Shown here piece after piece: positions 1 to 12,880 of a DNA stretch of 64,000 nucleotides. The position numbers and the translations under genes were made by a program. Below the pieces are notes generated by a model. It was not told where the DNA came from and searched no databases. It worked only from the letters and a program-made list of their open reading frames with translations. Numbering within the stretch: position 1 is the first letter of the stretch; each line of letters opens with the position of its first letter. Source of the DNA: Bispira polyomma (taxonomy: Eukaryota); NCBI GenBank assembly GCA_965649765.1, contig OZ287749.1, positions 95,976,001 through 96,040,000 of the forward strand, given 5' to 3'.

Positions 1-773
1 ACACACAAGCGGATAGTTTGTCGTACAAATCATTGAATTGATTTTTTGCATTGTTTGATCCCTTTCCACCTGTCAAAGAAAGGCTGATAATAGAAGGAAA
101 ATGTTAAGGAATTTTATGGAACCAACAAGTATCAATAAATCTCCTTAACTATGGGAGAAGGATATATATTGTATTATAACTTTAATATGCTTAATATACA
201 CATTTTAAGTATTTGCTGCTAGGAGATGATTGTCTGAAGAGGTAAGACTGTATGATATTGACATGTGGTAAATTATAAATTGTAGTTTGTCTGAACTAGT
301 TTCTGTAAACTACCGGTATATGAAATACAAACACTATTCTATTCACTAATACTAAATGTATATAGTGCGTGTTATAACTCATAAAATTGGAACATGTTAA
401 TTGAATTTTAAGCCATAATTAAATTCCTCCTATTTTGGGAAGCTACATAATGCAAATGTTTGAATTTGTTAGGAAATGTCTGTAAAAGATAATGAGGTGG
501 GTGTCAGCCATAATAGATCCAGATTCTAATTTTAGAGACTATTTGGACAAATTAGAGAAAACCCCAAAAAGAAACAATGAACAAGTTGGTGATACTTACA
601 TCTTTAGACGATACAAGGGAAACCTTTCATTGCAAGTGATGGGGTTTAATTAAATTTGTTTATTATTATTTTAATTAGATGCAAATTTTATTCACCCCCT
701 TTTTACTTGTTTTTATTTTACATGTGAACTTGCATTATTCATGTGAAGTAATCCTTTTAGACACATACATCAA

Positions 774-1015
774 GGCCCGTATTCTCGAACGTATACTCAG
801 CTTAAACTCATACTCAACTCAAATATAGACCATGTGGAAATCATTGTACATGGAAATAACCTATACTTGTGACCATTCATTTTAATAAAGCTTTTAACAC
901 TGAATTCAAATATGAATTCAGATTTTAGATATGTTTACTGTATATAGACTTATAAAGAATTCAGATTTGAGTTGAGTATGAGTTTAAGCTGAGTATACGT
1001 TCGAGAATACCAGCC
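774..1015. mobile_element. PIF/Harbinger-like MITE
   Basis: Perfect 46-bp inverted repeat (779-824 vs 965-1010) with GGCC-like termini, flanked by a 3-bp direct repeat CAA (771-773, 1016-1018). No coding capacity. Confidence 0.8.
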
Positions 1016-1878
1016 CAAATGATTAAATTGGTCGTAAGAATAGAATATCAAAGCTGATGTTCTTCTTCTTGATGTTTTTGTGCACCAAAAATGAAAGTAG
1101 TTTTTGTTGTCTTTCTAGAAGGAATGTGAATGATGTGTGGAATGAATTAAAACTTTTCACCAGGATAATAGACTCGGGGTCAGGTATCAAAATGGCGGAG
1201 GGATGGTAGGGTCAGGCTTTTTAAACACAATACATTTGGCCTGTATTTCTCTTGTTTACAAGTTTAGGGACTGTAATGACTAACATCCATCAAGTTCTAG
1301 GACAATGTAATCAAAAAGCCGTACAACCCACATCTAATAGTCATATTGGCAGGCTATTCATTAAGGTTGGGGAATTCTGATAGTTATGGTCTATTCTCAT
1401 ATAGATGAACATTCAGCAGTAAATGTATTTGTTGCATTTAGCAAATCCTGGTTCGGGGGGCTTTCGTCCATTCATATACCTCCCCATCCCGCCTGCTACA
1501 AAGTTTTGGCGTGTTTGTAACAATCTGATACCTGCTACTGATGAGAAACATTTTAAAACTAATCAAGACGTTTCAAAACTAATCAAGACGTATGCCCACC
1601 ACCCCCCACCCCCTCCCCTTCTGCCATGATGCGTTTAAACATTTCAAAAAATACGTGGCAGCTCCACTAATGCTCACAGATATCAACAAAGCGCTCTAAA
1701 TGTAGTCAAATCTGAAACAAAGTTGAAACGATAAATACTCACTGATAGATGCAAAAATGTTCATAGTATCTTCCTCTCGCTGCTTTGTTTGTATGAGACC
1801 AAGGTATTATACGGCAGGACTATCCAATATGTTTGGGGAATTCTTTAATTTGTTTGTGTATCTATTGATTCAGGCTGT

Positions 1879-2751
1879 ATGGCTGCCAAGCTAAGACTCC
1901 AGAGACCAGGTACGCTGGTGAGACAGCCGAGTACCAGTCTTGTGTCCCTCAGCTTGGGTGGCAAAGGTGTCTCTCCCTGTCAGTTTGACAACTGTGCCTC
2001 AATCACTACTCTCTCCAATGGTAACCTAGCAGTGGCAGACACCAACAACAATCGAGTTCAGATCATCTCGCCTTATGGAGACCCAGTGGCCACAGTGGGA
2101 GCCAAAAAACTGAGGGGACCCTGGGGGGTCACCTCTCTACCTTTCGGGAAATTCTGCGTCAGTGAAGGCTCCAAACAGAGAATTATAGTGTATGCCGATG
2201 ACGGTACCTTTATCTCTAAATTCAAGGTGAAAAGGGTGGATGAACCCTGTGCCTTAGCGGTGTGCCCAGCGACAGGAAATGTGGTGGTGGCGGACTACCA
2301 CAGGCCAAATATTTACATCTATGACCTTGAAGGGTCGCTCGTCACTTCGTTTGAGACTGAAACAGATTTGCTCTCCGGCGATCAGCCTACTGCAGAACAC
2401 ATAGCTGTTGATAGAACTGGAAACATCTTCCTTAGCTTCGGATCTGGCCACTCGGAAATGCAAGTCTTCAATAAACACGGGAGGTTTCAGTTTAAATTTG
2501 GCAACTTCACATCAGCTTGCGGTGTCCACATTACTGCCAAGAGTAACATGTTGATTGCTGAGAGGGAGCAGCGGTCCGTGTCTCTGTACAGTACTAGTGG
2601 TCAGTTTATACAGCAGCTGGTCACAGAGAGTACGGGAATGAAGGCTTACCCACATGCTCTCACCGTGGTCAAGGGAGACACCATAGTGACCACTTCATCC
2701 GACGACATCTACGCTTGCCCTACTTGGTTACACTTCTACAAGTTAGGGTAG
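1879..2751 (+). CDS. NHL-repeat (six-bladed beta-propeller) protein, similar to the C-terminus of TRIM2/3/71; possibly the last exon of a longer gene
   Basis: 290-aa ORF with NHL repeats (GNLAVADTNNNRVQI, LRGPWGV, GNVVVADY, IAVDRTGNIF, FQFKFG, YPHALTV). A pyrimidine tract plus CAG acceptor (1871-1873) lies just upstream of the ATG, and AATAAA is at ~2813. Confidence 0.85.
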   Translation: MAAKLRLQRPGTLVRQPSTSLVSLSLGGKGVSPCQFDNCASITTLSNGNLAVADTNNNRVQIISPYGDPVATVGAKKLRGPWGVTSLPFGKFCVSEGSKQRIIVYADDGTFISKFKVKRVDEPCALAVCPATGNVVVADYHRPNIYIYDLEGSLVTSFETETDLLSGDQPTAEHIAVDRTGNIFLSFGSGHSEMQVFNKHGRFQFKFGNFTSACGVHITAKSNMLIAEREQRSVSLYSTSGQFIQQLVTESTGMKAYPHALTVVKGDTIVTTSSDDIYACPTWLHFYKLG

Positions 2752-4250
2752 TGATTATGCGGGGGGTGTGAAAGTGTATAGTAAATGTTAATAACTAAAG
2801 TAAAGTGTTTATAAATAAAGTTGGCTTTTTTTCTAGAAATTTAGAAATGCTTTAAAATATAAAATTATAATAACTCGAGTTAAGCTGGACCTTCCTTTCA
2901 GTAAAACTACTTCGCACAGTTAATTTAAACTGAACCTTTCAGTGACAAATAGGCCAAATATAAAACCCAATCAGTATGCATCACCTTTAAAGTATCACTA
3001 CATTATTTTCCAAAAATGTAGTATTAGCAAATAATGTAGCGGCAGCTTTATTACTACCATTTAATAAAGTAAATATTTAAAGTTGCATTCTTAATTTAAT
3101 TGTCTTTTTACACTTTATTCAAAAATGTTAATTTAGTTGTGTTTTATAATAGATGAACACCTTGTGCCACTTACATTATGTAAACCTAATGGCTCCTTTA
3201 GGCCCTCGTACACCATTAAGTTTACACAATGTAGTGCCACTTAGTGTTTTTCTATATAATAGTCCTGTACTTTAAACAGAACAATATATTCTGTGCAAGA
3301 CTTCTTAGAAAGAAATGCACCATACCATAGTATAGGTACTGCAAGTACGTGTACTTCTACTAAACCATGCAACCTGTTCTTTTTTTACATAAAATGTACC
3401 TCATCATAACATGTGCTTCAATTGTGAACCAACCATTCAATGAATCACTACACCAAGTAGAAAAGTGGTTTTAGTGACTTTGAACAAGAGTTTGATTCAA
3501 TTTATCATTACTGGACACAGGAATAGCTCTATAGTAATTACCATCAGTCTTCACTTATAGTTTGACGGCCATATTGGCCACACAGGAATTGGAAATGTTG
3601 AGAATTATGTTTCAATGTTTTGTTGGATTTTTACTGAGGAAAGTTCTTTGAGTCAGGTCAGTTTGAGCTAAATATCTATGGCATTGGTTGAAAGCTCTCT
3701 CAACAAAACATATAAACTTTCCATGACCTTGAATGTATTGTCTAAGACTATACAACCAATTGTCAGCTAAAGTACATATTTGAATCAACTGTACAGTACA
3801 GTACATGGTCTTGTCTTATTTTGACTTGTATAGAATTTTAAAAGAAAGATTCTATTCCAGTCATTTTTTTCTTTGCCAGCACACTATCTTACATACATTG
3901 TGGGAGGACTGACTACCCTGGTTTAATAAAGGCTTAGATGACTAGAAATGACACCTGGTGTGAAACTGAGTATCTAGGGGTGGAGGTAAACACAGATATG
4001 TTATTACAAATGATATTTAGTGTTCTATTTCTCAGTATCATGCCATTCAAGTATTTAATTTTGTTTGACTTTTTCATAAAATCTACTTATACAGAGCTAG
4101 CTGTTGTGGGTTTCAGGAGAGGGAGCTAACGTTACGTACATAAAGATATAACCACACACATAGTTTGAAATTATGTTAGTGTAAAACGCTAAATATACAT
4201 ATTTAACATACAAGATTCCTTTAAGATGTCTACAGTGTTACAATTTTGAA

Positions 4251-4482
4251 TTGGGATATTTAATGTCCACTCTAGTACCTGTTTTAGGTTATATTGGGAC
4301 GGGTAGTTGGAAACGCTGCACACAGTTGATCAAGGTTCTGCACTGAAACCAGGGGCCCACAGTAAGGAACTACCACCTTTCCCACATAGGCATGGACGGG
4401 AGTTGAACTCACACCGCCCAGAGGTGAGAGACTAGTGATTGTGAAGCGCAATGCTTGCTAACCAGTAGGCCACTGCGGCCCC
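4251..4482 (-). mobile_element. tRNA-derived SINE, family A
   Basis: Minus strand begins GGGGCCGCAGTGGCCTACTGGTTAG (A box) and has GAGTTCAACTCC (B box). Highly similar to the copy at 46945-47203. Confidence 0.85.
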
Positions 4483-5254
4483 GTCTTTAGTGTCAGAGTT
4501 TTCTGTCCTCGACGATGCTTTACCGATGGTATGCATAGAGAGGGACAGAGCAGTTACCATAAGCAAAAGTCTACAAATTTGACACAGCAGTTTATGTTCT
4601 TATCAACGGGAAATATACGTCAATATTTTGAAATAGTGATATTTAATTAATTAAGTACTTATAGGTTAGCAATAAGTTGTAATATTGTTGTGTGGCTATT
4701 GTATCGATACAAAATAAAACACAGAATAAATAGAAAGATGATATTTCTTATTATAGGTGTGGTGTCTGATTTGTTGACGTTTGCTTAACTCGGTCTAGGG
4801 AATAACATGCTGTAAATTTAAATTATATATGATATACTAAATACCCGATAAGACAAATAAAATACAAATATGAGCAACAGGGATTGAGGGACAATTACTT
4901 TAAAAAGACACCAACATCACGCTGTTTATCACGTAATTCAGGAGATCACTTGGTTGTGGACGTTATGGTGATGGGAAATTTCAAATTTAAAGATTGATGT
5001 GCAGATTGATAAAATATGTTAGGGGAAGTCTCTATTACCTAAACTATGACCTTGTCTGCGATGTTGAATTAGTTGTAGTTAGATTTGTAACTGTATAAAG
5101 TTGAACTTACAAAAATACAGTAAACTTAATTGTTTCTCGAGCCCAGGCTTTTTGTCAGTACAATAAATGCCCCAGAGCACCTGTAACTTCTTAAAGACAC
5201 TTGCCGATTAATACTTAATAATAATTATCTTTTGATATAGCACATTACTGTTAT

Positions 5255-5523
5255 CTAATGCGCTTTGACATTATTACCCCAGCCTGGGTTCTTCCACTTG
5301 TCAACCAATTGTTCAGTCTCAGCTTTCTCAGAAAGCATACCAGCTATACAATGCACAAAGACTAACACCCATTAGCAGCCAGGTTCCCATTGATACACCT
5401 GGGTAGAGAGCGACAACTTTGTGTAAAGCACCTTGTCTAAGGGTACAATCACCAGGCCAGCAGCGGAGATTGAACCGGGACCCTGAGATCTTTCAGGTAC
5501 AAAGTCGGACACTCCAACCACTC
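5255..5523 (-). mobile_element. tRNA-derived SINE, family B (CORE-like central domain)
   Basis: B box GGTTCAATCTCC and central CTCTCTACCCAGGTGTATCAATGGGAACC on the minus strand. Similar to 50511-50760(+), with fragments at ~36790-36940 and ~48210-48310. Confidence 0.75.
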
Positions 5524-6149
5524 AAAATAATATAGATATTCAATAAACTACACCAAGTGTTTGAAAGAAATACATCTTAAGAGAAAAGAAGACTTGCAAG
5601 GCTCATTAAGTATGACATACTAGTTGAAAAAAATATGGTTGGTATATTATAATTAATTTGGATAGGAGACAAATGTTTTAGACGTATACTCTTAGCAAAT
5701 ATGTCCTCTTAACATGTTTTCAGAACACTTGCAAAAGATTAACATTTGACAAAGAAGGATTAAGTTTAAGAAATAAAGGCATACATCTGTCAATTAATGT
5801 TTATTTACTGGACAAAACTAAGTTACCTTGTAAGTCTCCATAAGATTAAAGGAAGGAACATCAAAACCTTGGAGGTCTACTTTATAAAGGGATGTCGGTA
5901 AAACGCTACGTATGAGGAAGGATAACATCTCAGTAAAACCATAGAATTAAGGAGACTTTTAACTTAAGGTTTTGTGAAACCGGCCATAGTACACTACTCA
6001 TGCAAATTTTTCTGGCAGACATATGGACGAATAAGATCACACCTACCTGCTTGTTGGCCACATTCCCAAGTTGCCAAGAAATAAGATAAAGTTTATGAAT
6101 TGTTCTGTCAAATTAGAAACAGTGTAGGGTTAGTTATAGTGGAGTTGTA

Positions 6150-6360
6150 GTTGAATTTAAATTTAGTTGAATTGTACGTCACTTTTAACAGCTTAGGTCA
6201 AATTGCACCGGCCAGATTTAAGGGGGGCAAAAACTAGTGTTGAAGCCACTGTAAACAACTGAACTACGGTAAGTATCTGACAAACTTTCCTACATGAACG
6301 ATCAAACAGGATTCAAACCCAAATTGTTAAAAGGATAGTGATTGTGAAACTAACGCTTGT
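6150..6360 (-). mobile_element. Degenerate SINE related to family A (V-SINE-like)
   Basis: Shares AAAGTTTGTCAG, TTAAATCTGGCC and GACCTAAGCTGTT with 23267-23490(+) and ~15550-15730(-). Confidence 0.6.
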
Positions 6361-6419
6361 TGGCCAGGTTTTAAAGCAAGCTAGTTTTTAATAGTGGAGT
6401 TTCATTTGAAATATCTATG

Positions 6420-6690
6420 ACTGACCACATCAACACAGCATTGAGGTGAAGTAAAAAGGTAAGAAGTCTTCCTGGTAGTTTTTGTATTGAGACCAGCATT
6501 ACAGGCTTCAGGAAAAAGCTCAAAACACTTTGCTTTTTCGCCTCAACACTCGTCTGTTGGTTATGACAGAACTCTGATCACGAACCTTTTCTCCTATCGG
6601 ACTCTTCTTTTTGCATATTGACTGGGATGTGTGCTGCACAGAGGATGGCTGGTCATTGATTGTGGCGCTACAGAAGTAAAAACATTAACC
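6420..6690 (+). mobile_element. L2-type LINE 3'-end fragment
   Basis: Matches the 3' UTR/tail of the LINE at ~53150-53398 (GATCACGAACCTTTTC...GGTCATTGATTGTGGCGCTAC...AAAACATTAAC). Confidence 0.6.
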
Positions 6691-6872
6691 TCCATGTTTT
6701 GAACTTGGCCCTTTGTATTAAAACACAAGAGGTATTTCAGAGGCACAGCATTTATTTCGGAATCACGCACCAGTTGTAATAGTACCTCCACAAAATGTTA
6801 ATCACACACTCATTGGCTTATTTATGGAATCTTATACATTTCTACTGTTTTTGATTAGTTAGCCCTTCAATA

Positions 6873-7060
6873 CAGTAGAAACTTTATTATCCAAACAGGA
6901 TCGGAGAGGGAGATTTTGTTTGGATAAAAGAGGGTTCACAAAGAAAGGGAGAGCCAGTTTAGTATAAAACAACAGTAAAAGATCAATTTTGGAGAGTCTG
7001 AATAAGTTCATATAATTGAATATTTAGAAAAAAGAGGTTAGGATAATAGAGGTTCTACTG
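6873..7060. mobile_element. Tc1/mariner (pogo/Tigger-like) MITE
   Basis: TA-CAGTAGAAACTTTATTATCC...GGATAATAGAGGTTCTACTG-TA, i.e. TIRs with a TA target duplication. Confidence 0.8.
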
Positions 7061-9300
7061 TAGTTATTACACAGGAATTTTGAACTTGTTACCTAGAATG
7101 TTAACCAAATTAACTAATTAGACCAAAATATTGTAACAAATTCATTAATATATCTAGAAACTTTAATTCAAAATAGGTTATATTATAAATATTAATGACT
7201 AAAAACAAAAATCTGATCTATATTCTGCCGTTTTAAATGAGAGAAGAATAAACTGCATAAATAATAGAAATTGAACAGGAAATAAAGATTCTTTCTATTT
7301 TTCCTCAGGTGCGTGTGGAATTAGAACAAACTTCCACTATATATATACCAGTGTATGTCCAAGAGAAACAAGAGCCACATCACATTCACAACTGCAAAAT
7401 AATTCATCGATTAAGACGGCAGTTTGGACGACAACTGCAATAAATAATAGTAGCCGATCTCATGAATGTAATGATTTTATTATAAACGGGAAATAGAAAT
7501 TCTCTATTCTGCCAGTATTTTTGTTAAATAAACATGTCACTTAGTAGTTACTACAAGTTACAGAAGCTATAGTGCTTTAGGTTCCAGATATATATGTACG
7601 TATGTCTAATAGTAAATGTTGCTTTCGTTTGATTAAGATAACATACTAGCCTCAATGAACCATAATTTTGCAAACAAAAAAAAAAAAGAAATATTGTCAG
7701 ATCACACTATTCATAACAGAAAGAGCTGCAGTAATTGACAGTAAAACGAATCGACACTGCAAGACAAGCATACACATTTAAATAAAGAATTACACTTCAG
7801 TTAGCATCAAAGTTATTTTCAGAAAGGTTATTTTCCTATTTAGAGCAGGGTTCTAATCTGAATGCTACACAACATCATAGTTCTACTATCTGTAGCAATC
7901 ATTAAAATACACATTTTTGAAGAATTATAAATGTACTTTTAAACATTATTTTTAACAAATGTCTCGCACAAAAGATATTCAGTTTTAAATTAAATATAGC
8001 CTGATATTCACAAAGAATCTTTTTCTCAGAATTTTTGTCTCAACCAGTTGGATTGGGTGATGACACTTTTTCAAGGAATTTACTTAGGAACAAATGTTTG
8101 TGACTACGGGCTCTGGGCGAGTATGTAACTTCATGCATAATCTTTTTGTCCCAAACAATTTCATTGGCTGAAAATAGTTTCTCATAAAATTTGATTGGCG
8201 GAGAAATTTGTGAGCATTCCATTTCATCCAAAGAATGATTGCAAAAACGGCCCCTCATCCACATAATTGCCAAACAATTACTACAGCAAATATGAAACCA
8301 ATTTTACTCCGTAAATTCAACAATGGGTCAAATTTTAAATGGTCATACTCATATTCAGTATTTTATAAAGTTTGCGAGTTCCAGAAAGTTAAGAAAAAAA
8401 CTTTTAACAGATCAATCTTCTTTTGTGGAAAGACACACACACTGATGTAATGAATATACCATTAAAAAAAGCCTGTATACAGTATGCACCATAAGAAAAC
8501 AGCTCACTTCAAAGAAAAAACCACAAAACTGACATAAATGATTTCACAGCAAAAGACAGTGGTAGCATTGCACAGATTATAAAAACCTCTAGAAACGCTT
8601 GTTTTCAGTTACACACATAACAAAGGCTTAACAAAAGCACTTTAAAATACACTAATAAATAACAGCGAGACAGTCCTAATAGTAAAATAGTCAGCTCAGA
8701 TTGCAAGCAGAGTTTTATGTACAATTGTTGCACTACTAGAGAGTACTTTAACATATCATTATTACAAAAGAACAGAGAGAAATCAATGACGGTGTTTGTA
8801 CACCAATGTACCGAATGACCTTCATAGCTCCCCCTAGTGCTACAAGCTGGAATGAACTATTTACAGAATACTATTTACAAGTTATCCGCTCCCAAGATCA
8901 CTCATGATATCAACCTGGAAACATGGAAATCTGGAGTATGTACTGTAGGGCAAAGGTTCTCAGGGGATTCAAACCCACAACTTTTTTACTCTAGAGGCCC
9001 CACACATTACCCATTGAGTTATAAAAGAAATTCCTACTCTTTTATCAGTAAAGGTCAGTACTAGTGACATTTTGGGTATGGGGGTTTTGACAAAACTGTA
9101 AGTTGCTTATTTCAAAGGAAATAATTTTTACTAAAACTATTTGGCCGGAGAGGGACAATTTTATGTGAGAAGCACCTTGTTCAAAGGCACAATCACCAGG
9201 CCAGTAGCACTCTAACCACTTGCCCACAGAGACCACTTATTATAGAATTCTATACTAGTAACACTAGTCTGCTTTGATAAGGTATTATTTTTTTTTTTTT

Positions 9301-9331
<31 letters not shown>

Positions 9332-10408
9332 GGCCTCTTAGGTGATAAACTATAGAAGATAATACTATTAATATCCCCAGACAAGTCCCATCACAACACT
9401 GAAGTACATGTATAGGAACCACGAATCATGACAACAAACACAACATACACAAATACATTAAAAAACAAATCATTGTATAAAAAAGCTACGGTAGTTAAAA
9501 AATATGAAAGGTTCTACAGGGGTCGCTCAGGTCATTCAGTTGTGTTTTTTGTGACGGATTAAACTAAGAGTGTTTTACGTCTCGTTTAAACTGTAAGTAA
9601 GAATACAATGTCTATTGAGTTTAGATATTTCTGGTCTAAAATTTGAGACCTTTACTCAGAATTTATCCTATGTCCCATAATCAAAGTAAAATGGTTTTAT
9701 TCCCTGCCCTCCCATTGAAATTAATTAATTAATTAGTTATACAAATAAATAAATAAAATATTAAATTGTAAAGGTATTATTGGATACTACTCTGCCATAA
9801 TATTGTATATACTTTTGCTTGTTGAAAAAAAAACACCCCAATAAAATGATAAAAAAAAACTGCAATGTTAAAATCTGATTAAGGAAAACATTTCCATACA
9901 ACATGCGACACAGTTATTTGCTGCATTTGTTACGACAATTACTACCAATCAGTACAAGATGACTTCCGCTCAGATACAGTTACAACATGAAATAAATTCT
10001 CTAAACAATTCCACTAAACAAGTGTTTATCTGACCAAATAAAAACCTCTGTTGATGCATTTTACAAGAAAAACCACAACACAAACAGAGTACAAATATCC
10101 CAGATCTATTTACTAAGTAACTACCCAATGTACTAATCACAGGAGATTTAGTGGACAAATAGAGGTGAAACTCCCTTTAATAAGAACTCTGACAAGAAAA
10201 ATATCCCTGTTTGGAGAAAAAATATGTAGTCTCAGAAAGGCCTCTTTCTTTTTAAAATCTGCCCTGTTAACTTATAAAAGTGTTAAATGGAAAGAAACCC
10301 TGCTTAAACAGAGGTAACTCTCCTGATCATTGAGCTTCGAATTCATTGACAATATACTGCATACCAAATAAATACAGGTTCCCCAACACTACTTTATTTT
10401 TTGAAATA

Positions 10409-10590
10409 CAGTAGAACCTCTATTATCCGAAATATATTGGGAGACCAAGATAGTGTTCAGATAATAGAAGGCTCACAAAATAGAAGAGGCCTTTGTGTAC
10501 AAAACCATGGGGAAAAAAACAAAATGAAAAGGACTTTATTAAATCACATATTTGGATAATAAAAGTTTGGATAATAGCTGTTTGACTTTA
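10409..10590. mobile_element. Tc1/mariner MITE (same family)
   Basis: TA-CAGTAGAACCTCTATTATCCG left TIR and a degenerate right TIR TTGGATAATAG. Confidence 0.7.
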
Positions 10591-12759
10591 TACAGATTAT
10601 TTATTGTTGACAGTGTACAGATAGATAGTTTGTGTTTTCGCAACACTGCAAATTTTGATGACTTTTAAAAGTTTTCATATTTTCTATAGGTTTACTTACT
10701 AATTTTCTACAAATAGAAACAGGAAATTAAAAATAATTTTGGAATGTTACAAAACATATTCTTGAGAGTTACCATAAAAATTTGGAGACTCAACGAAAAT
10801 AGGTTATATTCAAAAACACTTTTAATGTTCGCTATGGCTTTTATATTTATTTTTGATAAAAATTGCAAGATACTTAACGGTAAACTCCTAATTCAGTGCT
10901 GTAAACTAGATGGCCTATACAAAAGTTTGTACAAAATCAGATTTACAAAAGATTTCCATAGTTACATAGTTACACTAGTAATTCCTATGGTTTTGGCACT
11001 GAGCACTTGTATACACATTTCTCTAGGTCTGCATACAAGTCTATTTCTATATCACACGCTTCAGTAAAGCTGGTACAAGTCATGAACTAAGATTACAGAC
11101 ACTACGCTGGTAACAACAGCAAACCTCTATCATCAACATACCTTGGAACAGTAACAAAAATAATCGGCTCAAATAATAGTTAATAAAATCAATGTTACAA
11201 TACAGACTGCCAAAGAAATTTTGGATAGTTTCTATTTTACCGGTACCAATTTTTGTTTACACAAGATTTCATTTTAAATTTAAACTAAATGACAGCTACA
11301 ATGTCAAGGATACATTGCAAACTGAAGTACAAACAAAACAAGGGGGGGGACATCTCCCCCTCATTACAATTAATTTACCTTTTTTAACCACACATTTGTT
11401 GTACATGAAATCTCGTTAAAATCTTGTACCAGTAAAGTAGAATTGCTCCGAAATTTTAAATTTTAGGAGAGCCAAGAAATAGGTTCCTGTCATCAAATGG
11501 TTGGATAATAGAGGTTCTACTGCATTACATAGCAGGGGGCAGAAACCTTGGGTCTGGTATTTGGATTCAACCGCGACACAAAACCAATGGTAGACTAATG
11601 AGATGTCGTCAGGAGCATTGTGGGATATGTGCAGCAGAACAGTTAAAAGGGCTGATATAATGAATCATGTTATATTTCAGCCCTGAGACATAACAGCCCA
11701 AGGGTTGATAATGGATCATGTTATATCAGCCCTGACGGTAGAAGGGCAGATCCAGATATTTTTGATACTGTGGCTCCCTTGGTGGAGATATGCGTCCTTA
11801 TATCTTGTTAATTTGTTAATTAATGCATGCTTAATCTAATGATAATAGAAGACATATGTAAATGGTTGAAATGGTCAAATCCAAGGCCCATTTCAAGCTG
11901 TTTCCACCCTCCTCTATCGATGTACACTACAAAACACTAGGTCTACTTATACTTGGAAGGACATTGATCTTAAACTGAAAGCACACAGATTTTAAGAGTA
12001 CATATCATGAGTTGCTCTACACACTGGTCAATATTTATAAAATATCTAAACTTACCCCCCACAACAAACCAAACTAGATACTTAAATGTTAACAAAAAGC
12101 CACATAGTAATAACATATTCATTAAAAACATCCATATCGAAGGTATGACAACAATAATAACTAGATGTTTAAACTCTTGATTATCTTGATTATTTTCAAA
12201 GAATGACTCTCTCAACTTATAAAGCACATCTCAAACTCTCAGAAGAATATATTCATATTTTACCGTGTTAACAAAGTTTGTATGACCCAAATGAAGCCAA
12301 TACTATTTAAGGAATGAATGTTCCTACATGTTTAAATAAATGTTGCCTTGGAGAAAAATTAGGAGTACAAGCCTAAAATTCCCCAAATAAATTTAAGTAT
12401 ACCCAGATAAACCTAAATTAACAGTTCATCCTGATAGATACGACAGAATCCCACACAAAGAATGTTACACTCATAAAATATACAAACCTTTATTATCCAA
12501 ACAGGGCGGTGGGAGAGCAAGAGGTTTTTTTGGATAACTGAAGGTTAACAAAATGAGCAGAGGCAATATGCCCTACAAAACAATAGGCTAATATAAATTT
12601 GGGTAATGGGAAGTGGTAACCAGTTTATAAAGCCCAAATAAGTTTGGATAATGGAAGTTTGTATCCTATTATATTCAAGGCAGTACACCCTTTATACATA
12701 GTATAAACAGGGACACAGTCTATAATGTTTAGAGACGCAGCAAACATGAAGAAGTTAAT

Positions 12760-12880
12760 ATGCATTATACATACACTCACAGGACTATGTATTATACTCA
12801 CACGACTATGTATTATACACACACAGGTATGCATTATACACACACGGGTATACATTATACACAGGGAGGCACTATACACA
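12760..12880. repeat. Degenerate ~21-bp minisatellite
   Basis: About 5-6 repeated TATGCATTATACACACACAGG-like units. Confidence 0.65.

Noticed and set aside
1190-1215. CAAAATGGCGG as an upstream start exon for the NHL gene
   Set aside because: The nearest GT donor does not give the NHL reading frame, and the context looks repeat-derived.
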